DNA of 64,000 bases. Origin: Thermoanaerobaculia bacterium. GTDB lineage: Bacteria; Acidobacteriota; Thermoanaerobaculia; Multivoradales; J023. Below the pieces are notes generated by a model. The model saw only the letters and a list, made by a program, of their open reading frames with translations. It was not told the DNA's origin and did no database searches. A program made the translations under genes and the position numbers. Shown in pieces: positions 10,373-20,000 of this stretch. Positions within the stretch are counted from its first letter, which is position 1. Each line of letters starts with the position of its first letter. Location: assembly GCA_028066595.1 (NCBI GenBank), contig JALCBJ010000030.1:8580-72579 (forward strand). Direction: 5' to 3'.

Positions 10373-10495
10373 CGTGAAACCCGGCAGGCTTCCACCGGCG
10401 CGTCGGGACTCGGCGAAGGTGACGCGTCAGGTGAAGCAGGGCTGGGGCGACGGAACTGCGACCACGACATCAGAGTGGACGCAGTGTAGCACTCC

Positions 10496-12967
10496 TTACT
10501 CGCTACGTAGTGCGCTCGAGGGCTCTACGCCCAGGGCTTTGAGCGCGGGTAGCCAGCAAGCCAAGAAGGCGGTGAGCAGCATGGTCAGAACGACGCCTCC
10601 GAGCACTCGCCAATCCACGCCGGCAGACTCGAAAAGGAAAGGTGCAAGGCTGCGGCCCCCCGCTATCGCGCCCACCAAGCCGACGACCAGTCCGGCTGCC
10701 ACCAGAGTCAGAGCCTGGGCCAGCACGAGACGAAGAACCTCCAGGCGCTGGGCACCCAGAGCCATGCGGACACCGATCTCTCGTCGACGTCTGCCTACAC
10801 CGTGGGCAACGATACCCGCGACACCAGCGATGGTGATGAGGAGTGCCAGACCGGCGAACAGCGACACCAAGATCGTGATGGTGCGCGGCGCCGCCGTCGA
10901 ATTCCGCCTGAGCTCTTCGAGCGTGCGAATCTCGGCGACGACCTGGTCAGGAGCGACATGCCAGATAGCGGCCTTCAAATCGCGGGCGAGGGCTCCGGGT
11001 TCGCGATCGGTTCGTAGGAACAGACTATCGGCGAAACCGGACTGGCGTGGATTCTGATATACCGTCGGCTTGGGGGTCTCGTCGGCCCGATTCTGTCGGG
11101 TACTGGCGACGATGCCCACGATCTCGACCCAGGTGCGACCCTGATCGGCGCTGACGCGCTGGCCAAGGGCCGGCCGATCGGGGAACAGCTGGTGGGCTGC
11201 CCGCCGGTCGATGATCAGTACGTCCTGGGAGTCTTCGGTGTCCGAATCGGCGAAAGTGCGGCCCTCTTGCAGAGCGATGCCGAGGGTCTGGAAATAGTCT
11301 TTTCCGGCGATGCGGAATTCGACCTCGGGACCACCGTTGGGGTCGATTGCGCCCTGCTCCTCGGTGAGCAGGCGGAACTGCATAGGTGTCTGCTCCGCGA
11401 GGGGAATTACGTTGCCCAGCGCCACCGACGAGACTCCGGGAACCCCTGCGACGGCCGTTTCGATGCGTTCCAGATAGGGCCGGCGTTCCTCGGCGCTGCC
11501 GAGTTGCGACCAGTTGAGCGGGATCTCGGCCGTGATGATGCGTTCCGTTTCGAAACCGAGGTCCACTTGCTGTAGTCGCCACATGCTGTCCAGGAAGAGT
11601 CCGGCCGCGGCCAGCAGGATCACCGATGCGGCGACCTGTGCCGTGATCAGGAATGCGCGCAGACGAGAGCGACCCACACCGTCGCCCGAGCGGGTTCCAT
11701 CGCGCAAGGCGTCGGCCAGACGCCGCCGAGCCGAGAAGGACAGCAGTGGCAGGCTTCCGGCGGCGATTCCCGCCGCCACCGCGATCACCGCAGTGAATGC
11801 CACCACCCTCAGGTCGAGAGCTACGTCCATCGCCCGCGGCGAGTAGCGGGCGACGAAGCGGGCCAAGATGTCGAGGCTGCGGTAGGCGACGAAGAGTCCA
11901 AAGACGCTCCCTGCGAGAGCCAGCACCGTACTTTCGGTCAACAGCTGTCCCAGGAGGCGACGACGTCCAGCCCCGAGGGCGCCTCGTACAGCCAGCTCCC
12001 GTCGGCGCGCGAGCAGGCGAGCCACGCCCAGGTTGGCGACGTTGGCGCAGGCGATGAGCAACACCAGTGCGGCGGTGGCGAGAAGCATGCCCAGTGTGGA
12101 GCGGGCGCCTCGTCCAAGACGTTCGTCGAGCCTGGAGGTCGCGACCGAGAAGCCGTCTTCCTCCCGGTATGCCTCGGGGTGCTCTTCGCGCCAGGTGGCG
12201 GCGATGCCGTCCATCTCCCGAACCGCGGCCTGCAGATCCTTCCCTTCTGCCAGGCGTCCGAAGATCGACAGACTGCGAAACGCGTTTCGGTTCTCGTGCC
12301 GCATCTCGTTGCCTCGGGCTCGGAACGGGCAGGCCACGGTCGGCATATAGACATCGTGTCGTGCAGGCCACTGCGGGATCGGAGGCAGAACACCTACGAC
12401 CTGGTGAGGGCGGTCGTTCATCTCGAAGACTTGACCGACGATGCCATCGTCGCCACCGAACGCCTGCTGCCAGAACTCCCAAGACAGAACCAGCACGGGA
12501 TCGGCCTCGTGAGTTTCGTCGTCCGCGCGGAAGAGCCGGCCTACTTGTGGTCCCACTCCCAGGACGTCGAAGAAATTCGCCGACACCACCCCTGTCGACA
12601 CCCGGCGTGGTTCGTCACGTCCCAGGAGGATGAAGCTCATCGCGTGGTGCTCGACCACTTCGTCCAGCGTGTGTACCCGTTGCCGTAACTCGTGCATCTC
12701 CTGCACCGAGAAGCGAGTTTGTGTGGCCTGGCGTTTCGGATTCTGCGCTTCGAGCACTACCAGTCGATCGTTGTGCTCGTAGGGCAGGTCTCGCAACAAG
12801 ACTCCGTCCACCAAGCTGAAAATCGCACTGTTGGCGCCGATGGCCAAACCCAGCGTGACAACGACGGTGATCGCATAACCAGGGCTGCGTGCCAGAGTAC
12901 GCAGGGCAAAGCGAAGGTCCTGGCTCTGAGCGTCGAGGAACGATCGGACGGCGGCGAGTGACTTCAT
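10496..12967 (-). CDS. ADOP-type ABC transporter permease (duplicated FtsX/MacB-like), an 'orphan' copy with no adjacent PadR
   Basis: ORF 10496..13210, trimmed to MKSLAAVRSFLDAQSQDLRFALRTLARSPGYAITVV (ATG at 12967). Two FtsX-like 4-TM modules; the C-terminus ...LKALGVEPSSALRSE is typical of FtsX/MacB. Confidence 0.8.
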   Translation of the reverse strand: MKSLAAVRSFLDAQSQDLRFALRTLARSPGYAITVVVTLGLAIGANSAIFSLVDGVLLRDLPYEHNDRLVVLEAQNPKRQATQTRFSVQEMHELRQRVHTLDEVVEHHAMSFILLGRDEPRRVSTGVVSANFFDVLGVGPQVGRLFRADDETHEADPVLVLSWEFWQQAFGGDDGIVGQVFEMNDRPHQVVGVLPPIPQWPARHDVYMPTVACPFRARGNEMRHENRNAFRSLSIFGRLAEGKDLQAAVREMDGIAATWREEHPEAYREEDGFSVATSRLDERLGRGARSTLGMLLATAALVLLIACANVANLGVARLLARRRELAVRGALGAGRRRLLGQLLTESTVLALAGSVFGLFVAYRSLDILARFVARYSPRAMDVALDLRVVAFTAVIAVAAGIAAGSLPLLSFSARRRLADALRDGTRSGDGVGRSRLRAFLITAQVAASVILLAAAGLFLDSMWRLQQVDLGFETERIITAEIPLNWSQLGSAEERRPYLERIETAVAGVPGVSSVALGNVIPLAEQTPMQFRLLTEEQGAIDPNGGPEVEFRIAGKDYFQTLGIALQEGRTFADSDTEDSQDVLIIDRRAAHQLFPDRPALGQRVSADQGRTWVEIVGIVASTRQNRADETPKPTVYQNPRQSGFADSLFLRTDREPGALARDLKAAIWHVAPDQVVAEIRTLEELRRNSTAAPRTITILVSLFAGLALLITIAGVAGIVAHGVGRRRREIGVRMALGAQRLEVLRLVLAQALTLVAAGLVVGLVGAIAGGRSLAPFLFESAGVDWRVLGGVVLTMLLTAFLACWLPALKALGVEPSSALRSE

Positions 12968-13201
12968 GGGTCGGGATCCAGCGTCGAAGGGGATTCGTCG
13001 AATCGGAACGGAGCCGGTAGGTCGATCCTGTGAGTACGGTGAGATTCCACTCGTGTTGCGCTCGCAGGTGTCATACGGTCGAGAGGACCTGTCGTTGACC
13101 GTCCCACTTGACGCCGCTATGCTGACACCGGCGAGAGCGCGCCGGAAGGTATCCGTCCAGGCTTTCCTCTCCGCCCAGCCGCGTATCTTTCCGAGATCCA
13201 A

Positions 13202-14281
13202 GTGACGCAAGACCGCCCCACTCCCCCGACGCCGGATCGATCCTCGTCCTCTTCTCAGTCCATGTCGGATACGACGGCTGATCTCAGCTCGAGGGCAGAG
13301 AATACGATCTTCACAGAGGCTGACACGGGCGAGCTCCAGGCCTTGGCGCAGGCGCGCAAGGATCTGGCGATCGAAGCCAACTTGATTCTCTTCTCACATC
13401 CGGAGGACCGGATGCTGGGAACTCGGTTTCGCCTGGCACCTCACGAACGGCTCGATGTCGGTCGCTCTTCCACGTGCCAGATCGCCATGCCCGGCGTGCG
13501 CTCTCTTTCTCGGAGACACGCTCGGCTGGAGCATCTCGGAGCGGTCGTGGTGATCGAGGACCTCGGCTCGACCAACGGAACCTACGTCAACGACCGCCGC
13601 ATCGATGGGCGGCACCGTCTACGGTCCGGCGACCGGTTTCAAGTGGGCGCGCTGCATTTCAAGTTCTTACATGAACGGGATCCAGAAACCGCGTACCACG
13701 AGGCGATCTACCAGCTGGTCATGTGCGACGGCCTGACGAGGATCTTCAACAAGCGAAAGCTCGATGAGGAACTGCGCAAGGAATACGAGCGTGCACGGCG
13801 TCACCACCGACCGCTGTCACTGATCTTTTTCGATCTCGATCATTTCAAGCTGATCAACGATACTCACGGCCATTTGTGTGGCGACTTCGTCCTGCAGCAG
13901 GTGGCGCGCTTGGTGCAGACCTACCTGCGGTCGGAGCAGGTCTTCGCCCGGGTGGGTGGCGAGGAGTTCGTCATCCTGAATCCGGAGATCGATCAATCGG
14001 GCGCGGTGCAATTGGCCGAGAAACTGCGCCGCCGGATGGCTGAGGAAAAGCTCAGTTACGGTGACGTCGAGTTGGAGCTGACCTGCTCGTTCGGTGTGGC
14101 GGTGCTCGATCCGCTGACCATGACCTCACCCGTCGATTTGTATCGGGCGGCCGACGACGCCATGTACCAATCGAAGCATGCCGGTCGCGACCGGGTGACG
14201 CTCTATGGCACGGAGTCCGACGAGTCGGGCTCCGACGACGGGGAGTCGGGAGAGTCAGAGTCGGAGGCCGCCGGGGATTGA
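13202..14281 (+). CDS. FHA domain-GGDEF diguanylate cyclase
   Basis: FHA signature (GRSSTCQIAMPGVRSLSRRHARLEH...DLGSTNGTYVN) followed by GGDEF (RVGGEEFVIL; DLDHFKLINDTHGH). Acidic Ser/Gly/Glu-rich C-terminal tail. Confidence 0.8.
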   Translation: MTQDRPTPPTPDRSSSSSQSMSDTTADLSSRAENTIFTEADTGELQALAQARKDLAIEANLILFSHPEDRMLGTRFRLAPHERLDVGRSSTCQIAMPGVRSLSRRHARLEHLGAVVVIEDLGSTNGTYVNDRRIDGRHRLRSGDRFQVGALHFKFLHERDPETAYHEAIYQLVMCDGLTRIFNKRKLDEELRKEYERARRHHRPLSLIFFDLDHFKLINDTHGHLCGDFVLQQVARLVQTYLRSEQVFARVGGEEFVILNPEIDQSGAVQLAEKLRRRMAEEKLSYGDVELELTCSFGVAVLDPLTMTSPVDLYRAADDAMYQSKHAGRDRVTLYGTESDESGSDDGESGESESEAAGD

Positions 14282-15390
14282 GCGGGTAGTCGGAACCGGG
14301 CAGCAAACTCGCGCTTGAGGTTACCCAGATAGAGCCAGCCATTGTGCTCCTCGACGGAAGTGACCTCGGGAATCACCTCGCCGCCCGGGTCGTGGAAGCT
14401 GGCGATGATGGCAGCGCTCTCGTCGAGTTGCAGCACCACGCCGTGAGGCTCCGGCTGCGGCCAGAGGGCTCGCGGTAGCTTGACCAGCTGCTTCTTCATG
14501 AAGGGCCTGGGTTGGAGTTTGTCGGCTCGCTCATTTCGTACGGTGAAGCAGGCGACCCAGAAAGTCCCTCGCCGATTGGCCGATACGCCATCTGGGATGC
14601 ACGGCAGGTTGTCGATGAAGACGTCGGAGGTGCCTGCTTCTGGGCCGTCGAGCCAGTAGCGGGTAATCCTGTAGCGGTACGTCTCGTTGACCAGGACAAA
14701 GTCCTCGTTCTGCGACAGCGCAATGCCATTGGCGAAGTACAGGTCCTCCAGCAATACTCGTGTGGTGCCGTCAGCCGGGTCGTAGACCAGAAGCCTGCCG
14801 TGAGGCTTCGCTTCCAGGAGGTCGTGGAGATAGTGGTGGTGGTCCCACCGGTGACTTGCGTCGGAGAAGTAGATCTTTCCGTCCGAAGCGATGTCGAGGT
14901 CGTCGGTGAAGCGAAAGGGTACGCCGTCGGCCTCGGTCGTCAAGGTCTCGACCCGAGTGGCGGCGTCAGGCCCCTCGTAGAGACGCAGCAGACCCGCGCT
15001 GGCATCGGCGATCAACAGACGACCTTCGGCGTCGAAATGCAGTCCCAACGGCCTGCCGCCGGTGTCGTATACGGTCTCTATGTCGCCATCGGGAAGGAAA
15101 CGAACAATGCGTCCATCCACCAATCCGCCCCAGATGCGACCGGACGCATCCACCGCCAGATCTTCGGGTCCGACGATGTCGCCCTGAGCCATCCTTTCCG
15201 CTCGTTCGAGTGCCTGGTTCGGTGCGGTCGGCCCGGCGAGTGCGGGAGCTGCGGGTGGGGTCCAAGCCGCGGGGTCGATGGAGGAGGGCCAGAGAAGAAA
15301 CGTCCCGACGGCGACCGCCGACAGAATCAGGGTCACCGGGAGACGGGAGGTGCGGTGAAAGGGGTCGGTACGTTTCACGGAGTGGCCCAT
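14203..15390 (-). CDS. Strictosidine synthase-like / SMP-30-gluconolactonase-like beta-propeller protein with an N-terminal signal anchor
   Basis: ORF 14203..15477; start probably MGHSVKRTDP... at 15390. SSL-type motifs are present (GRLLVYDP.DGTTRVLLEDLYFANGIALS, RYWLDGP). The Ser/Asp/Pro-rich C-tail overlaps the 3' end of the convergent GGDEF gene by 79 bp. Confidence 0.6.
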   Translation of the reverse strand: MGHSVKRTDPFHRTSRLPVTLILSAVAVGTFLLWPSSIDPAAWTPPAAPALAGPTAPNQALERAERMAQGDIVGPEDLAVDASGRIWGGLVDGRIVRFLPDGDIETVYDTGGRPLGLHFDAEGRLLIADASAGLLRLYEGPDAATRVETLTTEADGVPFRFTDDLDIASDGKIYFSDASHRWDHHHYLHDLLEAKPHGRLLVYDPADGTTRVLLEDLYFANGIALSQNEDFVLVNETYRYRITRYWLDGPEAGTSDVFIDNLPCIPDGVSANRRGTFWVACFTVRNERADKLQPRPFMKKQLVKLPRALWPQPEPHGVVLQLDESAAIIASFHDPGGEVIPEVTSVEEHNGWLYLGNLKREFAARFRLPAQSPAASDSDSPDSPSSEPDSSDSVP

Positions 15391-15515
15391 GTCGATGAAA
15401 TCGAGGTCGGCGGGAAGATCGGCCGGACGCTGCGTGTTGGACAGTGCGGGCGCGCGACGTCGCGTCGCTCCGGCCACGAGTTGCAGGAGTCCGGTACTCA
15501 GCTTAACTTAGGGCC

Positions 15516-15884
15516 ATGAGTCCGTTGGATCCCATCGACGTCGAGATGAACCACCCGATCCCTCACGCCCAGATCGCCGACGATCCGGGAAGCGGAACGG
15601 AACTCGACGTCTCCCGCGATCGCAAGACAGAGCGACCGGGAAAGTGGAAGGTTCTGATGCACAACGACGACTACACTACCCAGGACTTCGTCATCGACGT
15701 CCTGGTGCGACACTTCCACAAAGCTCCCGGCGAGGCGACCCACATCATGCTCCAAGTCCACACCAAGGGCGTGGCCGTCGCCGGTGTCTACCCGAAAGAT
15801 CTCGCTGAGACCAAGATTCACGATGTGACCCTCGAAGCGCGGGCTCAGGGGATGCCTCTGGTCCTGTCGATGGAGGAGGCGTGA
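15516..15884 (+). CDS. clpS: ATP-dependent Clp protease adaptor ClpS
   Basis: KWKVLMHNDDYTTQDFVIDVLVRHFHK is the ClpS core. ~120 aa, directly upstream of clpA. Confidence 0.85.
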   Translation: MSPLDPIDVEMNHPIPHAQIADDPGSGTELDVSRDRKTERPGKWKVLMHNDDYTTQDFVIDVLVRHFHKAPGEATHIMLQVHTKGVAVAGVYPKDLAETKIHDVTLEARAQGMPLVLSMEEA

Positions 15885-15951
15885 AGACGATTGGACGTGC
15901 GTCGCCCAGACGAACGCGCCGCGTGGAAGCGGAGAAGCAAGGCACCCATAG

Positions 15952-18195
15952 ATGAAGATCTCCGAAGATCTGCAGATCATTTTCAGCGTCGCCCTATCCG
16001 AAGCGGCGCGATTGCGACACGAATATGCCGGGCTGGAGCATCTGCTCTACGCCCTGTGCATCGATGAAGAAACGGCCAAGGTACTACGCCACGCCGGGGC
16101 CGATGTGACCCGTCTGAAGGACGACCTCTACCTCTACCTCAATGAAGAGATCGAGGTGGTAGACGAGAAGAAGATCTCTTTCGAGCCGCAGCCCAGTCTC
16201 GCGTTTCAGCGCGTGATCGCACGTGCCCACGCCCATGTGGAAGGTGCGGACAAGGAAGTCTTGGAGGGCAAGGACCTGCTGGTAGCCCTTTTCTACGAGA
16301 GCGATTCCGAGGCTGTGCACATGCTGATGGAAATGGGCGTGTCACGGCTCGACGTGGTCAGCTACCTGGCCCATGGGCTTTCGAAGCTCCAGCCCACGTC
16401 GCCGACCCGGCGTCTGCTCACCGCTGACGGCGAGGACGAGGACGAGCTGCCCGCTGAGGACGAGATCCTCGCTGCGTTCGCCCAGAACCTGACGGCGATG
16501 GCGCAGGACGGCGGGCTCGATCCGTTGATCGGTCGCGAGAGGGAGATCTTGCGCACCCTCCACATCTTGCAGCGGCGACGCAAGAACAACCCGATTTACG
16601 TCGGTGATCCCGGCGTCGGCAAGACGGCATTGGCGGAGGGCTTGGCGCTCAAGATCGCTCAGGGAGCGGTTCCGACGCAGTTCGACGCGGTCAAGATCTA
16701 TCGGCTGGACATGGGAGCGCTTCTCGCCGGCACCCGCTACCGCGGTGATTTCGAGAACCGGCTCAAGGGAGTCCTGGCCGCTCTGGAGAAAGAGGATCAA
16801 CCGATCCTCTTCATCGACGAGATTCATACGATCATCGGCGCGGGCTCGGCGGGACGCGGAACGCTCGATGCGTCGAACCTGCTGAAGCCTGCCCTGCAGG
16901 AAGGCCATGTTCGCTTCATTGGAGCCACGACCTGGGAAGAATACCGGCAGAATTTTCAGCATGACCAGGCGTTGTCTCGGCGCTTTCAGAAGGTCGATGT
17001 CATGGAGCCCTCCGTCGACGAGACGGTGAAGATCTTCGAGGGGCTGCGCGAGCGCTACGAGGATCACCACTCGGTCTCGTATACGCGCCCCGCCGTGCGA
17101 GCCGCAGCGGAGCTGGCGTCGCGCTACCTCCGCGACCGGCGCCTGCCCGACAAGGCCATCGATCTTTTGGACGAGGCGGGCGCAGCAGTGGCGTTGGTGG
17201 GAAGGAAGCGGGTCAGCGTGAATCAGCTGGAGCGAGTGCTGTCCACCATGGCGCAGATTCCCGAGCGGAGGGTAAAGGGTGGTGATCGGGAGCGCCTCCA
17301 ACTGTTGGAGTCCGAGCTGAAGCACGTCGTCTTCGGCCAGGATTCCGCGATCGACCGATTGGTCGACGCGATCAAGGTGTCGAGAGCCGGCTTGCGCGAT
17401 CCGAACAAGCCCATCGGGGCATTTCTGCTCACCGGACCCACAGGCGTCGGCAAGACCGAAGTCGCGAAGCAACTGGCGGTGGTGATGGGTATCCACTTCG
17501 CACGCTTCGACATGTCGGAATACATGGAACGTCACACGGTATCGAGGCTGGTGGGCGCTCCTCCTGGCTACGTGGGATTCGATCGTGGTGGTCTGCTGAC
17601 CGAAGCGGTGTCGAAGAATCCCCATGCGGTGATCTTGCTGGACGAGATCGAGAAGGCCCACCCGGACGTCTTCAACATCCTGCTCCAGGTGATGGATCAC
17701 GGGACCCTCACCGACACCAACGGCAAGCAGTCGGACTTCCGTCAGGTGATTCTGCTGATGACGTCCAACGTCGGGGCCCGCGAGATGGCAGGGCGGGCCG
17801 TCGGTTTCGGCGACACGCAAGGGGTTGCCCTGGGGCGTGGCGATGAAGCGTTCGAGAAGGCCTTCAGCCCCGAGTTCCGCAACCGTCTGGATGCGCGGCT
17901 ACAGTTCGCGCCGCTGTCGCAGGAGGTCATGGAGAAGATCGTCGACAAGTTCATCGGCGAGCTGCGGTCCCAACTGCGTCAAAAGAACGTGAAGTTGAAG
18001 CTCACGTCGGCGGCGCGGAAGCTTCTTGCCGAGAAGGGCTACGACCCGGCCTTCGGTGCCCGTCCTCTCGCCCGTGTCGTCGAAGAACAGATCAAGCGTC
18101 CGTTGACGGACGAGATCCTCTTTGGCGCGCTCGAAGGCGGTGGGCGGGTGACGTTGGGCGTCGCCGATGGTCGGCTGGATCTGCGATACGACTGA
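15952..18195 (+). CDS. clpA: ATP-dependent Clp protease ATP-binding subunit ClpA
   Basis: 747 aa with an N-domain plus two AAA+ modules. Walker A motifs GDPGVGKT and GPTGVGKT are present, and the arrangement is the conserved clpS-clpA pair. Confidence 0.9.
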   Translation: MKISEDLQIIFSVALSEAARLRHEYAGLEHLLYALCIDEETAKVLRHAGADVTRLKDDLYLYLNEEIEVVDEKKISFEPQPSLAFQRVIARAHAHVEGADKEVLEGKDLLVALFYESDSEAVHMLMEMGVSRLDVVSYLAHGLSKLQPTSPTRRLLTADGEDEDELPAEDEILAAFAQNLTAMAQDGGLDPLIGREREILRTLHILQRRRKNNPIYVGDPGVGKTALAEGLALKIAQGAVPTQFDAVKIYRLDMGALLAGTRYRGDFENRLKGVLAALEKEDQPILFIDEIHTIIGAGSAGRGTLDASNLLKPALQEGHVRFIGATTWEEYRQNFQHDQALSRRFQKVDVMEPSVDETVKIFEGLRERYEDHHSVSYTRPAVRAAAELASRYLRDRRLPDKAIDLLDEAGAAVALVGRKRVSVNQLERVLSTMAQIPERRVKGGDRERLQLLESELKHVVFGQDSAIDRLVDAIKVSRAGLRDPNKPIGAFLLTGPTGVGKTEVAKQLAVVMGIHFARFDMSEYMERHTVSRLVGAPPGYVGFDRGGLLTEAVSKNPHAVILLDEIEKAHPDVFNILLQVMDHGTLTDTNGKQSDFRQVILLMTSNVGAREMAGRAVGFGDTQGVALGRGDEAFEKAFSPEFRNRLDARLQFAPLSQEVMEKIVDKFIGELRSQLRQKNVKLKLTSAARKLLAEKGYDPAFGARPLARVVEEQIKRPLTDEILFGALEGGGRVTLGVADGRLDLRYD

Positions 18196-18298
18196 CCGGG
18201 TTCATACTCTCCTCTCGATTTCTTTATGATCGACGCAGCGCCGCCGCCTAGGCTTGGGTCCGTGCGTCGCTCTATGAAACCTTTGGATCTTTTTCGTC

Positions 18299-19168
18299 AT
18301 GTCGACTCCGGAGCCGTTCCTCGAAGACTTGTGGCGCCGACCGATGCCGGAGATGGCATCGGAGCCGTTGACGCGGCTGTATATCCGCGGGGCAGCCGAT
18401 CTGGCGCGGAGAAAGTGGATCCGCTCGGTGGAAGGACTGGAGCACATCGCGGTGGAGAACGACCCGTTCGTTCTGGTAGCCAATCACAGCCAGCGCCCGG
18501 AGACCGTGATCTTGAATGCGCTGCTGGCGTTCCATCGTGACGGGCGGCTGGTGCATTTTCTGGCCGACTGGCCGATGATGCTAGTTCCGGGCGTGGCAAT
18601 GCTCTACAGACGGGGTGGCGTGATACCGGTCTTCGGCAAGAAGCCCAAGGTTCGCTTCTTGGCGGCCGTGGAGCAGTTCTTTCGACGGGCTCACCCAGGC
18701 ACGGCCTGGGAACGAGCAAGGAATCATTTGGATGCCGGGCGATCGGTGGGAGTGTTTCCCGAGGCAACCATGAACCGAAATCGTCGTAGGATGCTGCGTG
18801 GGCGCCCCGGTGCGGCTCTCTTGGCTCTAGAGGCCGGCGTGCCAGTGGTACCCGTAGGGCTTCGATTCCACGACGAGCCGCGAAGCCGGCCCATCGGCGA
18901 TTTCGAGCCCTTCTCGGTCCACATCGGACCTGCGATCCCGACACCTGCCATCCCGTCCCTGTCCGGCGACGACCAGACGGCGCGCACACTCCTCCGATCT
19001 ACAACGAAGGAGTTGCAACGAGAATTGATGCTTCGCATCTCTGAGCTGTGTGGCAAAACTTGGCGCCCAGATGCTGCCCGACGCAAGGGACGAGCGGATG
19101 CGGCCGAATCCTCTGAGATGAACGAAACGACCCGAACCGAACCTGGAGACCGACATGGCGTTACGTGA
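18299..19168 (+). CDS. PlsC-family lysophospholipid O-acyltransferase (OlsA-like)
   Basis: LPLAT motifs: VANHSQRPE (H-x4-D/E block), FPEAT, VPVVPVG. The stop overlaps the next ORF's start by 14 nt. Confidence 0.7.
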   Translation: MSTPEPFLEDLWRRPMPEMASEPLTRLYIRGAADLARRKWIRSVEGLEHIAVENDPFVLVANHSQRPETVILNALLAFHRDGRLVHFLADWPMMLVPGVAMLYRRGGVIPVFGKKPKVRFLAAVEQFFRRAHPGTAWERARNHLDAGRSVGVFPEATMNRNRRRMLRGRPGAALLALEAGVPVVPVGLRFHDEPRSRPIGDFEPFSVHIGPAIPTPAIPSLSGDDQTARTLLRSTTKELQRELMLRISELCGKTWRPDAARRKGRADAAESSEMNETTRTEPGDRHGVT

Positions 19169-19844
19169 TGAGCTGACCGTTCGCAAGGTGGAGGATGCCG
19201 GAGGGTACCGCGCGGCGCTCGATGTGCTCGGCACCGTCTATCTCGGCGAGAAAGGCTGGGGGACCCCAGAGCAGCTCTTCCCCGAATCGGACCTGAGCTC
19301 GGCCGCCATGTCGTGGTTCCTGGCAGAACGCGACGGCATACCGGTCGGTGTCACCCGCGTGCTCTACGAGATTCCCTTCGACCTCTATACCGCCTACGAG
19401 TTCGAGCTGGAGATCCCGGGACTCGACGTGGAGGCTTTCATCCGTGCGAACCGGATCGCAGAGGTCGGGCGATTCGCCGTCATTCCGGAGTATCGGAAGC
19501 AGATCCTGGTGGCGGCCATCCTGATGAGGGCCGCTGCCACCGAAACGGTGGAACGGGGCTTCTCCCACTTCATCACCGACGTCTTCGAGTCCGATCCCAA
19601 CAGCCCATTCGAGTTCCACCGCCGCATTCTCGGATTCGAGATCGTCGCGTCTCACGATCACGGTGAGCTGAAGATCGACTCCAAGCGGATCACGATGTTG
19701 CTCGATCTGAAGGCCGCCTACCAGCGCATGAGCCGCCGGAAGAGCTGGATCTTTCGTTACATCACGGACGGGTGGAACGAGGCTCTGATCGATCGGCTGT
19801 CGACGAAACCGCCCGCCGCGCCTGCCCCCCTCGTAACCGTGTGA
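19155..19844 (+). CDS. GNAT-fold N-acyltransferase of the N-acyl amino acid synthase / OlsB / FeeM type
   Basis: ~230 aa Acetyltransf_5-like protein (EVGRFAVIPEYRK...) without the canonical acetyl-CoA Q/RxxGxG/A motif. Size and position immediately after a PlsC-like gene mirror olsB/olsA. Family assignment is from pattern memory and needs an HMM check. Confidence 0.5.
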   Translation: MALRDELTVRKVEDAGGYRAALDVLGTVYLGEKGWGTPEQLFPESDLSSAAMSWFLAERDGIPVGVTRVLYEIPFDLYTAYEFELEIPGLDVEAFIRANRIAEVGRFAVIPEYRKQILVAAILMRAAATETVERGFSHFITDVFESDPNSPFEFHRRILGFEIVASHDHGELKIDSKRITMLLDLKAAYQRMSRRKSWIFRYITDGWNEALIDRLSTKPPAAPAPLVTV

Positions 19845-20000
19845 GTCCTCAGAACTCTGAGCCGATCGCGCCGGGAATCGGAGCGGCGCTCGGCCGAGTT
19901 CTGTCCAACTCTAGAGAGTGGCGGGTTTGCCGGATCCGTCCGGCGTCGATAGCTCCTGTCGCTGCCACTCCGAATCGAACCGCAGTCTAGCCTTCTTCCG

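Noticed and set aside
11025-12482. 485-aa ORF antisense to the ADOP permease. Similar long antisense ORFs: 16342..17820 against clpA, 26636..28162 against asnB, 40899..43073 against recB, 50133..51257 against polB, 35992..36897 against lpxC, 32319..33161 and 32454..33938 against ADOP2, 3374..4330.
   Set aside because: Arg/Pro/Gly-rich low-complexity translations typical of stop-codon-poor antisense frames in ~68% GC DNA. The sense-strand ORFs have clear homology and motifs.
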